In this document: piece after piece, positions 7,076-14,575 of the stretch
Layout: each line of letters starts with the position of its first letter
Position numbering within the stretch: position 1 is the stretch's first letter
From: an uncultured Actinomycetota bacterium
GTDB lineage: Bacteria > Actinomycetota > Actinomycetes > Propionibacteriales > Nocardioidaceae
DNA length: 24,000 nucleotides
Direction of reading: 5' to 3'
Assembly (NCBI GenBank): GCA_963815295.1
Contig: CAWFFZ010000008.1
Coordinates: 143,063 to 167,062, forward strand
Translations under genes and position numbers: made by a program
The notes under the pieces: generated by a model
Database searches by the model: none
The model's input: only the letters and a program-made list of their open reading frames with translations
What the model was told of the DNA's origin: nothing

Positions 7076-7807
7076 TTGAGTGAGCGCGGCGCCCTGCTGT
7101 TCGCGCGCTACGCCTACCCGCCCAACGCGCTGGGCTACTGCGGCCCCGCAGGTGCCGAGGTGATGCTGTCGCCGGACGCGACCGAAGAGATCGGGCGGCG
7201 GGCACGCCTGTTCGAGGGTGCGTGGGCGTACCTCCAGGTGATCGCGGAGTGCTCAGGGGTCAGCGACCCGCTGGACGAGCGCGCGGTCGAGGCGTACTGG
7301 GTCGGGAACGACCTTCTCGACCGCGTGGACCCGGCACGGCTCGTGGCGCGTCTCTCCGAGCTGTTCCGCGGCCAGATCGGCGGGACCTGGCGCGAGGCCT
7401 CCGCGCGGGCCCGTCCCCATCACAGCTTCCAGGTGTTCGAGGTCTACCCCTGGGCGGAGCGACTCACACCTGGGCATGAGCTTCCCAAAAACCAGATCGT
7501 GGCCCAGATCCTGGATCGATGCCGGATCCGGACCGGCCGCGTCCAGGAGGTCCGGGGCGAGCAGGCCCTGGTGGAGTCACGGGAGTTGGCGTGGGACGGC
7601 CGTTTCTTCCGCTCGGACCAACGGGAGGAATGGGCCACCTGGTCGGTGGGAGGCTCGTCGCTGCTCGAAGGGCTGTCTCCGGGCGACGCCGTCGCTCTGC
7701 ACTGGGACTGGATCTGCGACGTACTGACTGACGAGCAAGTACGCCGGATCGAGGCAGCAGAGGACGCCCAGCTAGTGAGTCTGGGCTTGGTCAGCACCAG
7801 CCGGTGA
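7076..7807 (+). CDS. Conserved actinobacterial protein of unknown function, DUF6390-like
   Basis: The N-terminal motif LFARYAYPPNALGYCGP matches my recollection of the DUF6390 family. About 243 aa from TTG 7076. The start is uncertain: in-frame TTG 7013 and ATG 6917 also exist but overlap the XRE gene. High GC3. Confidence 0.6.
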   Translation: MSERGALLFARYAYPPNALGYCGPAGAEVMLSPDATEEIGRRARLFEGAWAYLQVIAECSGVSDPLDERAVEAYWVGNDLLDRVDPARLVARLSELFRGQIGGTWREASARARPHHSFQVFEVYPWAERLTPGHELPKNQIVAQILDRCRIRTGRVQEVRGEQALVESRELAWDGRFFRSDQREEWATWSVGGSSLLEGLSPGDAVALHWDWICDVLTDEQVRRIEAAEDAQLVSLGLVSTSR

Positions 7808-7810
7808 GGA

Positions 7811-8119
7811 TCACGTCTCGTCTCGGTCGTAGGGACTGCACAGTCGCTTCGCTGCATCGACGGCCCGCAGAATCGCGTCCAGTGGATTGCGTCCCAGTTG
7901 CCTGACGGGTGCCCCGTCGAGTCTGGGGCAGTGCCCTCGCCCTCCGACCCCGCTAGCGCGGGCAATGAGAAGAGTCAGTGCAGCGGACAAGTCGTCGGCG
8001 GTTTTCAACGGCTGTTCGAAGTCGAGCCGTCGGTCTCGATGGCCGGTGGCGTACTGGAGGCGTAGTCCGAGCCCGCAGCGATCCAGCCGGAGTCGCCACC
8101 GCGGACCACGGCCAGGCAT
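7811..8119 (-). CDS. Weak hypothetical ORF (102 aa), possibly non-coding or a gene remnant
   Basis: Open frame with an ATG directly abutting the iron box. GC3 hand-counted at about 69 percent, which looks clearly lower than neighbouring genes. No recognisable motif and no obvious RBS. Confidence 0.2.
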   Translation of the reverse strand: MPGRGPRWRLRLDRCGLGLRLQYATGHRDRRLDFEQPLKTADDLSAALTLLIARASGVGGRGHCPRLDGAPVRQLGRNPLDAILRAVDAAKRLCSPYDRDET

Positions 8120-8137
8120 TAGGCAAGGCTTACCTTA
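8119..8137. promoter_or_regulatory. IdeR/DtxR-type iron box
   Basis: TTAGGCAAGGCTTACCTTA matches the degenerate IdeR consensus TWAGGTWAGSCTWACCTWA at 18/19 positions. A weaker overlapping copy follows (CTTATTTAGGCTACCCTTT, 8134-8152, about 12/19 against TTAGGTTAGGCTAACCTAA). It lies about 65 nt upstream of the siderophore SBP start. Confidence 0.75.
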
Positions 8138-8201
8138 TTTAGGCTACCCTTTGTCAAAGTCAATGCGCCAGTGCCCGATCTACGAGCAGGAGACAACCTT
8201 C

Positions 8202-9206
8202 GTGTCCAGGTACAGGAAGACAGCGGCCGTGATGGCGGCGACGCTTGCGGCCAGCGTCCTCGCAGCCTGTGGGTCGGACTCCAGGGACGATGGCGAGACC
8301 AGTGGAGGTCCGTGGACCTACACCGACGCCTCGGGCAAGACCGTGACTGCGGAGTCGACTCCGACCCGGATCATCGCGCACGCCGGTGAGGCGGCCGCGC
8401 TCATGTCGTTCGGCATCAAGCCGGTCGGTATCTACGGTGATGTGCCGGTCGAGGACGACCCCAGCCTGAAGAACCTGGACCTGTCCGGGATCACGATTCT
8501 CGGTGAGACCTGGGGCGAGATCGACATCGAGAAGGCGGCGACACTCAATCCCGACCTGATCGTGGCCGACTGGTGGCCGGTCGAGAAGGCCTACTCAGGC
8601 ATGGAAGAAGGAGTCAAGGAGGAGAGCAAGAAGATCAAGGAGCTCGCGCCGGTCGTCGGTGCGGCCCAGGGCGACTCGATCGTCACGCTCATCGCGGGAT
8701 ACGAGAAGCTCGCCGAGAGCCTGGGTGCCGACCTGAGCGACCCTGAGATCGCCCAGGGCAAGGACGACTTCGAAGCCGCCGTCGCCGACTTCCAGGACAC
8801 CTTGGCCGACAAGGAGGGGCTCACTGCACTCGCGGTCTCTCCGACCTCGGACCTGCTGTACGTCGCGGTGCCTGAGCACGCCCCAGAGCTCCTGGACTTC
8901 CAGAAGTGGGGCCTCGACGTGATCGACCCGACACACCCGGACAAGGCCTTCCCCTACTGGGAGAACCTGAGCTGGGAAAACGCGGACAAGTACCAACCGG
9001 ACCTCCTGCTAATGGATGACAGGTCCTACCCCGCCAACGTGAAGACGGCCGAGGACCAGCCAACCTGGGACAGCATCAAGGCCGCTGAAGCAGGGGCCAC
9101 CGTCCCCTGGCCGGCGTACTGGCTGCACACGTACCCGGACTACGCGGAGCAGTTGCAGGCGCTGACCGAGGCTCTCGAAGCGGCCGACCCGGCCTCCGGC
9201 GAGTAA
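8202..9206 (+). CDS. Iron-siderophore ABC transporter substrate-binding lipoprotein (FhuD/FepB-like periplasmic-binding-protein fold)
   Basis: GTG 8202 is preceded by AGGAGA at 8-nt spacing. Lipoprotein signal VSRYRKTAAVMAATLAASVLAACGSD (lipobox LAAC). Operon context with FecCD permeases. The upstream extension of the ORF to 7887 is Arg/Ser/Pro-rich junk. Confidence 0.85.
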   Translation: MSRYRKTAAVMAATLAASVLAACGSDSRDDGETSGGPWTYTDASGKTVTAESTPTRIIAHAGEAAALMSFGIKPVGIYGDVPVEDDPSLKNLDLSGITILGETWGEIDIEKAATLNPDLIVADWWPVEKAYSGMEEGVKEESKKIKELAPVVGAAQGDSIVTLIAGYEKLAESLGADLSDPEIAQGKDDFEAAVADFQDTLADKEGLTALAVSPTSDLLYVAVPEHAPELLDFQKWGLDVIDPTHPDKAFPYWENLSWENADKYQPDLLLMDDRSYPANVKTAEDQPTWDSIKAAEAGATVPWPAYWLHTYPDYAEQLQALTEALEAADPASGE

Positions 9207-9211
9207 GTGCC

Positions 9212-10246
9212 GTGACGACCAGCATCGCGGGTGTGCGCCCGGCCAGGACCTCCGGTGCCCTGGTCGCCGGGCTGGTCGGCCTGGGCGCCTGCCTATTTCT
9301 GGTCGTGATCGGCAGCATCACCCTCGGCTCACGCTCGATCACGTTCGACACGATTGTCGACGCGTTCCTCCATTACGACGCGAGCTCGGCTGCGGAGACT
9401 GTGGTGCGCGACATGCGGGTCCCAAGGACACTGCTGGGACTGGCCGCGGGAGCGGCGCTCGGGCTCAGCGGTGCGCTGCTGCAAGGTGTCACCCGCAACC
9501 CGCTCGCCGATCCGGGCATCATGGGGATCAATGCGGGTGCGGCGGCTCTGGTCGTGCTCGGGATCTCGGTGCTCGGTATCACTTCTGCCTCCGGATATGT
9601 ATGGCTTGCGCTCGTGGGTGCCGGCCTCGCCACGGTGTTCGTGTATACCGTCGCGTCACTCGGCCGGGAGGGCGCCACACCGGTCAAGCTCGCGCTCGCC
9701 GGAGCGGCCGTGACCGCCGGCCTGTCCTCGATCACCACCGGCATCGTGATGACGAACCTCGAAGCCCTCAACCAGATGCGCTTTTGGCAGGTCGGTTCGC
9801 TCGCCGGCCGCTACATGCCCGTGTTCTGGCAGGTGGCTCCGTTCTTCGCCGTGGGCTTGGTGATGGCGATGCTGTGCGGGCGGGCGCTCAATGGCCTCGC
9901 GATGGGTGAGGACACCGCTCGATCCCTCGGACAACGGGTCGGTACTAGCAGGGCACTGATCTTCCTCACCGTGGCGATCCTCTGCGGTGCGGCGACCGCC
10001 GCATGTGGTCCCATCGTGTTCATCGGCCTCGTCGTTCCTCACATCGCCCGCGCGGTGTGCGGTCCCGACTATCGCTGGATCCTGCCGTACTCGTTGATCC
10101 TCACACCGACCCTGTTCCTCGCCGCTGACATCTTCGGTCGGCTCTTGCTCAACCCGGGCGAGCTCGAGGTCGGTGTCGTCCTCGGAGTCCTCGGGGCACC
10201 AGTGTTCGTCGCCCTGGTCCGTTACCGCGACCTTGCGGAGCTGTGA
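9212..10246 (+). CDS. Iron-siderophore ABC transporter permease (FecCD family)
   Basis: Polytopic membrane protein with FecCD-type motifs (RVPRTLLGLAAGAALGLSGALLQGVTRNPLADPGIMGI; GEDTARSLG). Confidence 0.9.
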   Translation: MTTSIAGVRPARTSGALVAGLVGLGACLFLVVIGSITLGSRSITFDTIVDAFLHYDASSAAETVVRDMRVPRTLLGLAAGAALGLSGALLQGVTRNPLADPGIMGINAGAAALVVLGISVLGITSASGYVWLALVGAGLATVFVYTVASLGREGATPVKLALAGAAVTAGLSSITTGIVMTNLEALNQMRFWQVGSLAGRYMPVFWQVAPFFAVGLVMAMLCGRALNGLAMGEDTARSLGQRVGTSRALIFLTVAILCGAATAACGPIVFIGLVVPHIARAVCGPDYRWILPYSLILTPTLFLAADIFGRLLLNPGELEVGVVLGVLGAPVFVALVRYRDLAEL

Positions 10247-11304
10247 TGGTCCTGCTCAGCCCTGCCCCGACCGGCTCGATCCCTTCGCCGGTTCGCGCCG
10301 ACCGACGTGCGCGGCGTCGCCGTGGCCACGTCGTGACCATTTCTCTCGCGGTGCTGGCCTGCGCGTTGTTCGTGCTGACGATGATGGTCGGCAGCTACTT
10401 CGTCTCGGGTATCGACGTCGTCAAGTCCGTGCTCCATATCTCTGACGACACCGGGGTGGACTTCATTGTGCAGGAGCTGCGGTTGCCCCGGGCAACTGCG
10501 GGGCTGGCGGTGGGGCTGGCTCTCGGGATCTCCGGGACGTTGTTCCAGCAGCTGTTGGCGAACCCGCTCGCCTCTCCCGATTTCGTCGGTATCTCCTCCG
10601 GCGCAAGCCTGGCTGCGGTCGCAGGCATCGTCATGTTCCAGACCGGCGGCTACGAGATCCCTGCCCTGGCACTGGGTGGGGCCTTCGGCAGCGCCACGCT
10701 GATCTACCTGCTTGCCTGGCGGGGCGGCATCAGCGGCTACCGGCTGATCCTTGTCGGCATCGGCGTCTCGCAGTTCATGCTCTCGATCGTGACGTATCTG
10801 ATCGCCCGCGCAGACATCTACGAAGCGCGGGAGGCCATGCACTGGCTGGTCGGCTCGATCGGCCAGTCCGGTGGGCCCGAGCTGCGCGCGCTTATCGTGA
10901 GCCTCCTGGTCCTCGTCCCGCTTGCTCTTATCCTCAACCGCCCACTCCGGGCGCTCGAGCTGGGCGACGACTCCGCGGCTGCACTCGGCACCCGCGTCGA
11001 GCTGTCCCGCCTCGGGCTCATCGCTGTCTCGATCTCCCTCGTCGCCTTCGCCACCGCGGTCGCGGGTCCGATTGCTTTCGTGGCGCTCGTGGCCGGACCG
11101 ATCGCGCACCGGATCCTGGGTCCGGCGCCGGGCGGCATCATCGCCTCCGCACTGGTGGGCGCGAGCATCGTCCTCGCTTCCGACCTGGTTTCTCAGCACC
11201 TCATGCCCATGGCCCTGCCTACCGGGGTGGTCACCGGTGCGGTCGGTGCTCCATATCTGATCTGGCTCCTTGCGACCGTCAACAGACAAGGACGCGGCGG
11301 ATGA
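10243..11304 (+). CDS. Iron-siderophore ABC transporter permease (FecCD family), second subunit
   Basis: RLPRATAGLAVGLALGISGTLFQQLLANPLASPDFVGI and GDDSAAALG. GTGA overlap with the upstream stop. Confidence 0.9.
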   Translation: MMVLLSPAPTGSIPSPVRADRRARRRRGHVVTISLAVLACALFVLTMMVGSYFVSGIDVVKSVLHISDDTGVDFIVQELRLPRATAGLAVGLALGISGTLFQQLLANPLASPDFVGISSGASLAAVAGIVMFQTGGYEIPALALGGAFGSATLIYLLAWRGGISGYRLILVGIGVSQFMLSIVTYLIARADIYEAREAMHWLVGSIGQSGGPELRALIVSLLVLVPLALILNRPLRALELGDDSAAALGTRVELSRLGLIAVSISLVAFATAVAGPIAFVALVAGPIAHRILGPAPGGIIASALVGASIVLASDLVSQHLMPMALPTGVVTGAVGAPYLIWLLATVNRQGRGG

Positions 11305-12152
11305 ATACTCACGACCTACGCGCGAAGGACCTCGCCCTGGGCTACGACTCCACGGACGTGGTCTCCGGTCTGGATGTCGAGATCCCCGACGGGAAGATCA
11401 CCGTCATCGTCGGAGCCAACGCGTGTGGCAAGTCGACCCTCCTGCGAGGGATGGCACGACTCTTGAGACCTCGCACGGGAGCGGTCTACCTCGACGGCAA
11501 GGCCGTGCACGAGATGAGGACGCATGACGTTGCGACCATCATGGGTCTGCTGCCGCAGACTCCTGTTGCTCCCGATGGGATCACCGTCGGTGACCTGGTG
11601 GGCAGAGGACGTTATCCGCACCAGGGCTGGTTCCGGAAGTGGAGTGGCCAAGACGAGGCAGCAGTCGAGAACGCCCTCGCGTCGACCGGGATCAGCGACC
11701 TGGTGCACCGCCGTATCCAAGACCTCTCCGGCGGGCAGCGGCAACGGGTGTGGGTGGCCATGGCCCTCGCGCAGGAGACGGACTTGCTGCTCCTCGACGA
11801 GCCGACCACCTTCCTTGACATCAACCATCAGGTCGAGCTGCTCGACCTGTTCACCGACCTCAACCGCGAGTCGGGCAAGACGATCGTGATCGTGCTCCAC
11901 GACCTCAACCTTGCCTGCCGCTACGCCGATCACATCATCGCAATGAAGTCAGGCACGATCCTTGCCGAGGGTGCTCCGCGCGACGTGGTGAACCCGACTG
12001 TGGTGACCGAGGTGTTCGGGCTGGCGTGTGCGGTGATCCCCGACCCGCTCACCGGCACACCCATGATCGTGCCGCACGGTCGTCATCACGTGCTCCCGCA
12101 GAGTCCAGCCCTCGCCGACTGCGCGCCTTGGGGAAGTCGCTCGAATGCGTGA
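11301..12152 (+). CDS. Iron-siderophore ABC transporter ATP-binding protein (FepC/FecE-like)
   Basis: Walker A GANACGKST, signature LSGGQRQRV, Walker B LLLLDEPT. ATGA overlap with the upstream stop. Confidence 0.92.
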   Translation: MNTHDLRAKDLALGYDSTDVVSGLDVEIPDGKITVIVGANACGKSTLLRGMARLLRPRTGAVYLDGKAVHEMRTHDVATIMGLLPQTPVAPDGITVGDLVGRGRYPHQGWFRKWSGQDEAAVENALASTGISDLVHRRIQDLSGGQRQRVWVAMALAQETDLLLLDEPTTFLDINHQVELLDLFTDLNRESGKTIVIVLHDLNLACRYADHIIAMKSGTILAEGAPRDVVNPTVVTEVFGLACAVIPDPLTGTPMIVPHGRHHVLPQSPALADCAPWGSRSNA

Positions 12153-12172
12153 ATCGTGCCTGAGCTGGCCCG

Positions 12173-13072
12173 GTGACTGACTTGCGCGAACTGGAGATGC
12201 GTGTCTACCGCGCCGAGGTGGTCCGCGTCGTCGACCTCACACCTTCCCTGCGCAGGATCGTGTTTGGCGGGACTGACCTGAAGGACTTCGAGACGACGGG
12301 GGTCGGCGACGAGTATCTCCGGGTGCTCATGCCGGCCGCCGGGGAGACCGAGCCTGTGCTCCCGGAGATCACCGCCGGGGTCTTTGACTACGGAGCGGTC
12401 GATCTAAGCCTGCTGCGGACTTACACGGTCCGTGATTTCGACCGTAAGACCGGCGAGGTGACCATCGACTTCGTCCTGCATGCCCAAGGCGTCGCCACCA
12501 CGTGGGCCCGCGCGGCAACACCCGGTGATGTCGTGGGACTGAACACGCCGACCGCGATGTACGACCCGCCTGACGATCTCGCGTGGCAGGTGCTGGTGGC
12601 GGACTGTGCCGGGCTTCCCGCGCTCTGCCGGATCCTCGAGAACACCCCCCACGGGGTCAGCAACCGGGTCGTCGTCGAGGTCCCCGACGAGCATCACCAC
12701 ACTGACCTGCCCGCGCATCCGCGCGTCGAAGTGACGTGGGTCCACGGCGGGAACGGGCACCGCCCGAGCCACCTCAACGAGGTAGTCCGCTCCCTCGCCC
12801 GTCCCGATGACCCCAGAGGCTACGTCTGGGTCGCCGGTGAGTCGAAGGCGCTTCGCGGTGTCCGCCGGTACCTCCGTCGTGAGCTCGGCCTGCCGGCGTC
12901 GGCGTACAAAGCCGTCGGCTACTGGATCGAGCACGCCGAGGAATGGCAGACGCGGTACGACGCCCTTGACGACTCCACCAGATCCACCCTCGAGGCCCTG
13001 TGGCAACAGGACCGTGCCGAGGAGGAGATCGAGGAAGAATACGACGAGCGACTGGCCGCTCTGGGGTTGTGA
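12173..13072 (+). CDS. Siderophore-interacting protein (ViuB/SIP-type FAD-binding ferric-siderophore reductase)
   Basis: N-terminal beta-barrel FAD-binding pattern (AEVVRVVDLTPSLRRIVFGG...RTYTVR) and a C-terminal SIP-like domain (VWVAGESKALRGVRRYLRRE). The start could instead be ATG 12197. Confidence 0.85.
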   Translation: MTDLRELEMRVYRAEVVRVVDLTPSLRRIVFGGTDLKDFETTGVGDEYLRVLMPAAGETEPVLPEITAGVFDYGAVDLSLLRTYTVRDFDRKTGEVTIDFVLHAQGVATTWARAATPGDVVGLNTPTAMYDPPDDLAWQVLVADCAGLPALCRILENTPHGVSNRVVVEVPDEHHHTDLPAHPRVEVTWVHGGNGHRPSHLNEVVRSLARPDDPRGYVWVAGESKALRGVRRYLRRELGLPASAYKAVGYWIEHAEEWQTRYDALDDSTRSTLEALWQQDRAEEEIEEEYDERLAALGL

Positions 13073-13090
13073 CGAGCCTAGGATTATCGC

Positions 13091-14380
13091 GTGAACGAAC
13101 GCGAGCTAACGGCTCTGCTTCGTCAGCACGCGCTGAGACATTCGGTGCCGGGGGCGGCAGTCGGCATCCTCCGCGATGGAGCGTCGACGACCGCCTGTTA
13201 CGGAGTGGCAGATGTGAGCGTCGGCCAGCCGGTCACACCTGAGTCGCTCTTCAGCGTTGGATCCTTGACGAAGTCGATGGTGGCGACGGTGATAGCTCGT
13301 CTCGCGGAAGCTGGCCGGTTGTTGCTGGAGGACCCGGTGTCTGCGCACGTGCCGGAGCTGCGCGGCAATCGCTGGGCGCAAGCCGCGAGCCTGCGAGACC
13401 TGCTCGCGAATCGGTCCGGGCTTGCGCTGCGCGCAGATCTGGAGTTCGACTTCGCCGGCCGAGGTGACGAGGACGACGGTGCGCTCTCGCGGCTCGCTGC
13501 CGATGCCGCGCCAGGCGTGCCTGCGGCGCAGTTCTGGTCGTACACGAACGTGGGTTGGTGCTTGTTGGGGCGTGCGATCGAGACCGTCTCGGGCGCGGCT
13601 TGGGAGGTCGCGATGCGCGACCACCTGGCCAGTGCAGGTATGGGCGAGACGACGTTCGCACCCAACATTGATCCAAAGCGGCGCGTTTCGGGGCATGAGG
13701 TGACGGCTGAGCGAGTCGCGCCAGTCGAGCCGTTGGTCGCACGCGCGTATGGACCGGCGGGCACGACTGCCGTCTCGACGGTCGCGGACCTTCTCCGGTT
13801 CGCCCACCTGCACCTCGAGGACTCGGCACTCGCCGGGTTGCGCACAGTGCACGCGGAGGTTCCGATCTACGGCTGGCTGGATTCCTGGTGTCTTGGCTGG
13901 GCACAGTTCGACTGGGAGGGCGGTCCTGTGTGGGGTTGGGACGGCGTCCTCAAGGGCGAGCGGTCCGTGCTGCGGATCGTGCCGGAGCATCACGCTGCGG
14001 TCGTCTTGCTGACCAACGGCAGCACCGGGCGCGCGATGTACCGCTCGCTCTTCGCCGATCTGATGGACTCGCTGTTCGGGATCAGGGTCTCGCCGCTGAA
14101 CCTCCACGGATCGCCCGGTGCGGCCGGGGGCCTTGCGCGCTTTGCCGGCGTGTACGCCTGGCCCGACCGGCGGGTCGAGGTCACAACTGCCGGGACCTGC
14201 CTTCGCATCAGGACCGATGTTGGCGAAACCGAGGCGCTCCCGCTCGATGAGCGGACCTTCTTGGTTGACGCCGCGGATCCGGACAACCCAACGGTGACGT
14301 TCGGCGCCTTTGACGCAGCCACCGGGAGGCCGGGGGTGCTGTACGACATGCTGTGGGGACTTCCCCGTCTCGACGAGTAA
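13091..14380 (+). CDS. Serine hydrolase, beta-lactamase/transpeptidase-like family (class C-type esterase fold) with a C-terminal beta-rich extension
   Basis: Catalytic S-x-x-K (SVGSLTKSM), Y-x-N (YTNVGW), 429 aa. GTG start 19 nt after the SIP stop. Confidence 0.85.
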   Translation: MNERELTALLRQHALRHSVPGAAVGILRDGASTTACYGVADVSVGQPVTPESLFSVGSLTKSMVATVIARLAEAGRLLLEDPVSAHVPELRGNRWAQAASLRDLLANRSGLALRADLEFDFAGRGDEDDGALSRLAADAAPGVPAAQFWSYTNVGWCLLGRAIETVSGAAWEVAMRDHLASAGMGETTFAPNIDPKRRVSGHEVTAERVAPVEPLVARAYGPAGTTAVSTVADLLRFAHLHLEDSALAGLRTVHAEVPIYGWLDSWCLGWAQFDWEGGPVWGWDGVLKGERSVLRIVPEHHAAVVLLTNGSTGRAMYRSLFADLMDSLFGIRVSPLNLHGSPGAAGGLARFAGVYAWPDRRVEVTTAGTCLRIRTDVGETEALPLDERTFLVDAADPDNPTVTFGAFDAATGRPGVLYDMLWGLPRLDE

Positions 14381-14400
14381 CTGGCCGGGCAAGTCGGAAC

Positions 14401-14508
14401 TCCCTCGCGCCGTCACCCGCGCATGCGGCCACCGCTTGTGTCGGTCAGTTCGTCGCCCTCGGTTTGCCTGCTCCATTTCGGACAAGCGGCCCCTGCCGGC
14501 GCGAGGGA
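14401..14508 (+). other. Nested long-range inverted repeats in the 195-bp spacer before the BI-1 gene (candidate structured RNA or leader)
   Basis: TCCCTCGCGCCG(14401-14412) is perfectly complementary to CGGCGCGAGGGA(14497-14508). Nested inside, CCGCTTGT(14432-14439) pairs with ACAAGCGG(14482-14489), and there is a CGCATGCG palindrome. Confidence 0.35.
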
Positions 14509-14575
14509 ACAGCCCTCTGACCACGTATGATGGAAGAGACCCGGCACGGCGCCGGGCCGAGGAGGAAACATCCCC

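Noticed and set aside
1194-8200. tRNA-anchored genomic island containing the hyp operon.
   Set aside because: No integrase or recombinase gene is present. I could not find a direct repeat of the tRNA 3' end (GGTTCGAATCCCACCGGGGGCACCA) downstream by eye, and hyp gene codon usage looks native. Only the weak composition shift at 7808-8201 hints at a boundary, so it is reported at low interest rather than called a mobile element.
7887-8201. Upstream extension of the siderophore SBP ORF (439-aa version), and the ATG 8163 start.
   Set aside because: The extension runs through the iron box and is Arg/Ser/Pro-rich. GTG 8202 has an AGGAGA RBS at ideal spacing and gives a proper lipoprotein signal peptide.
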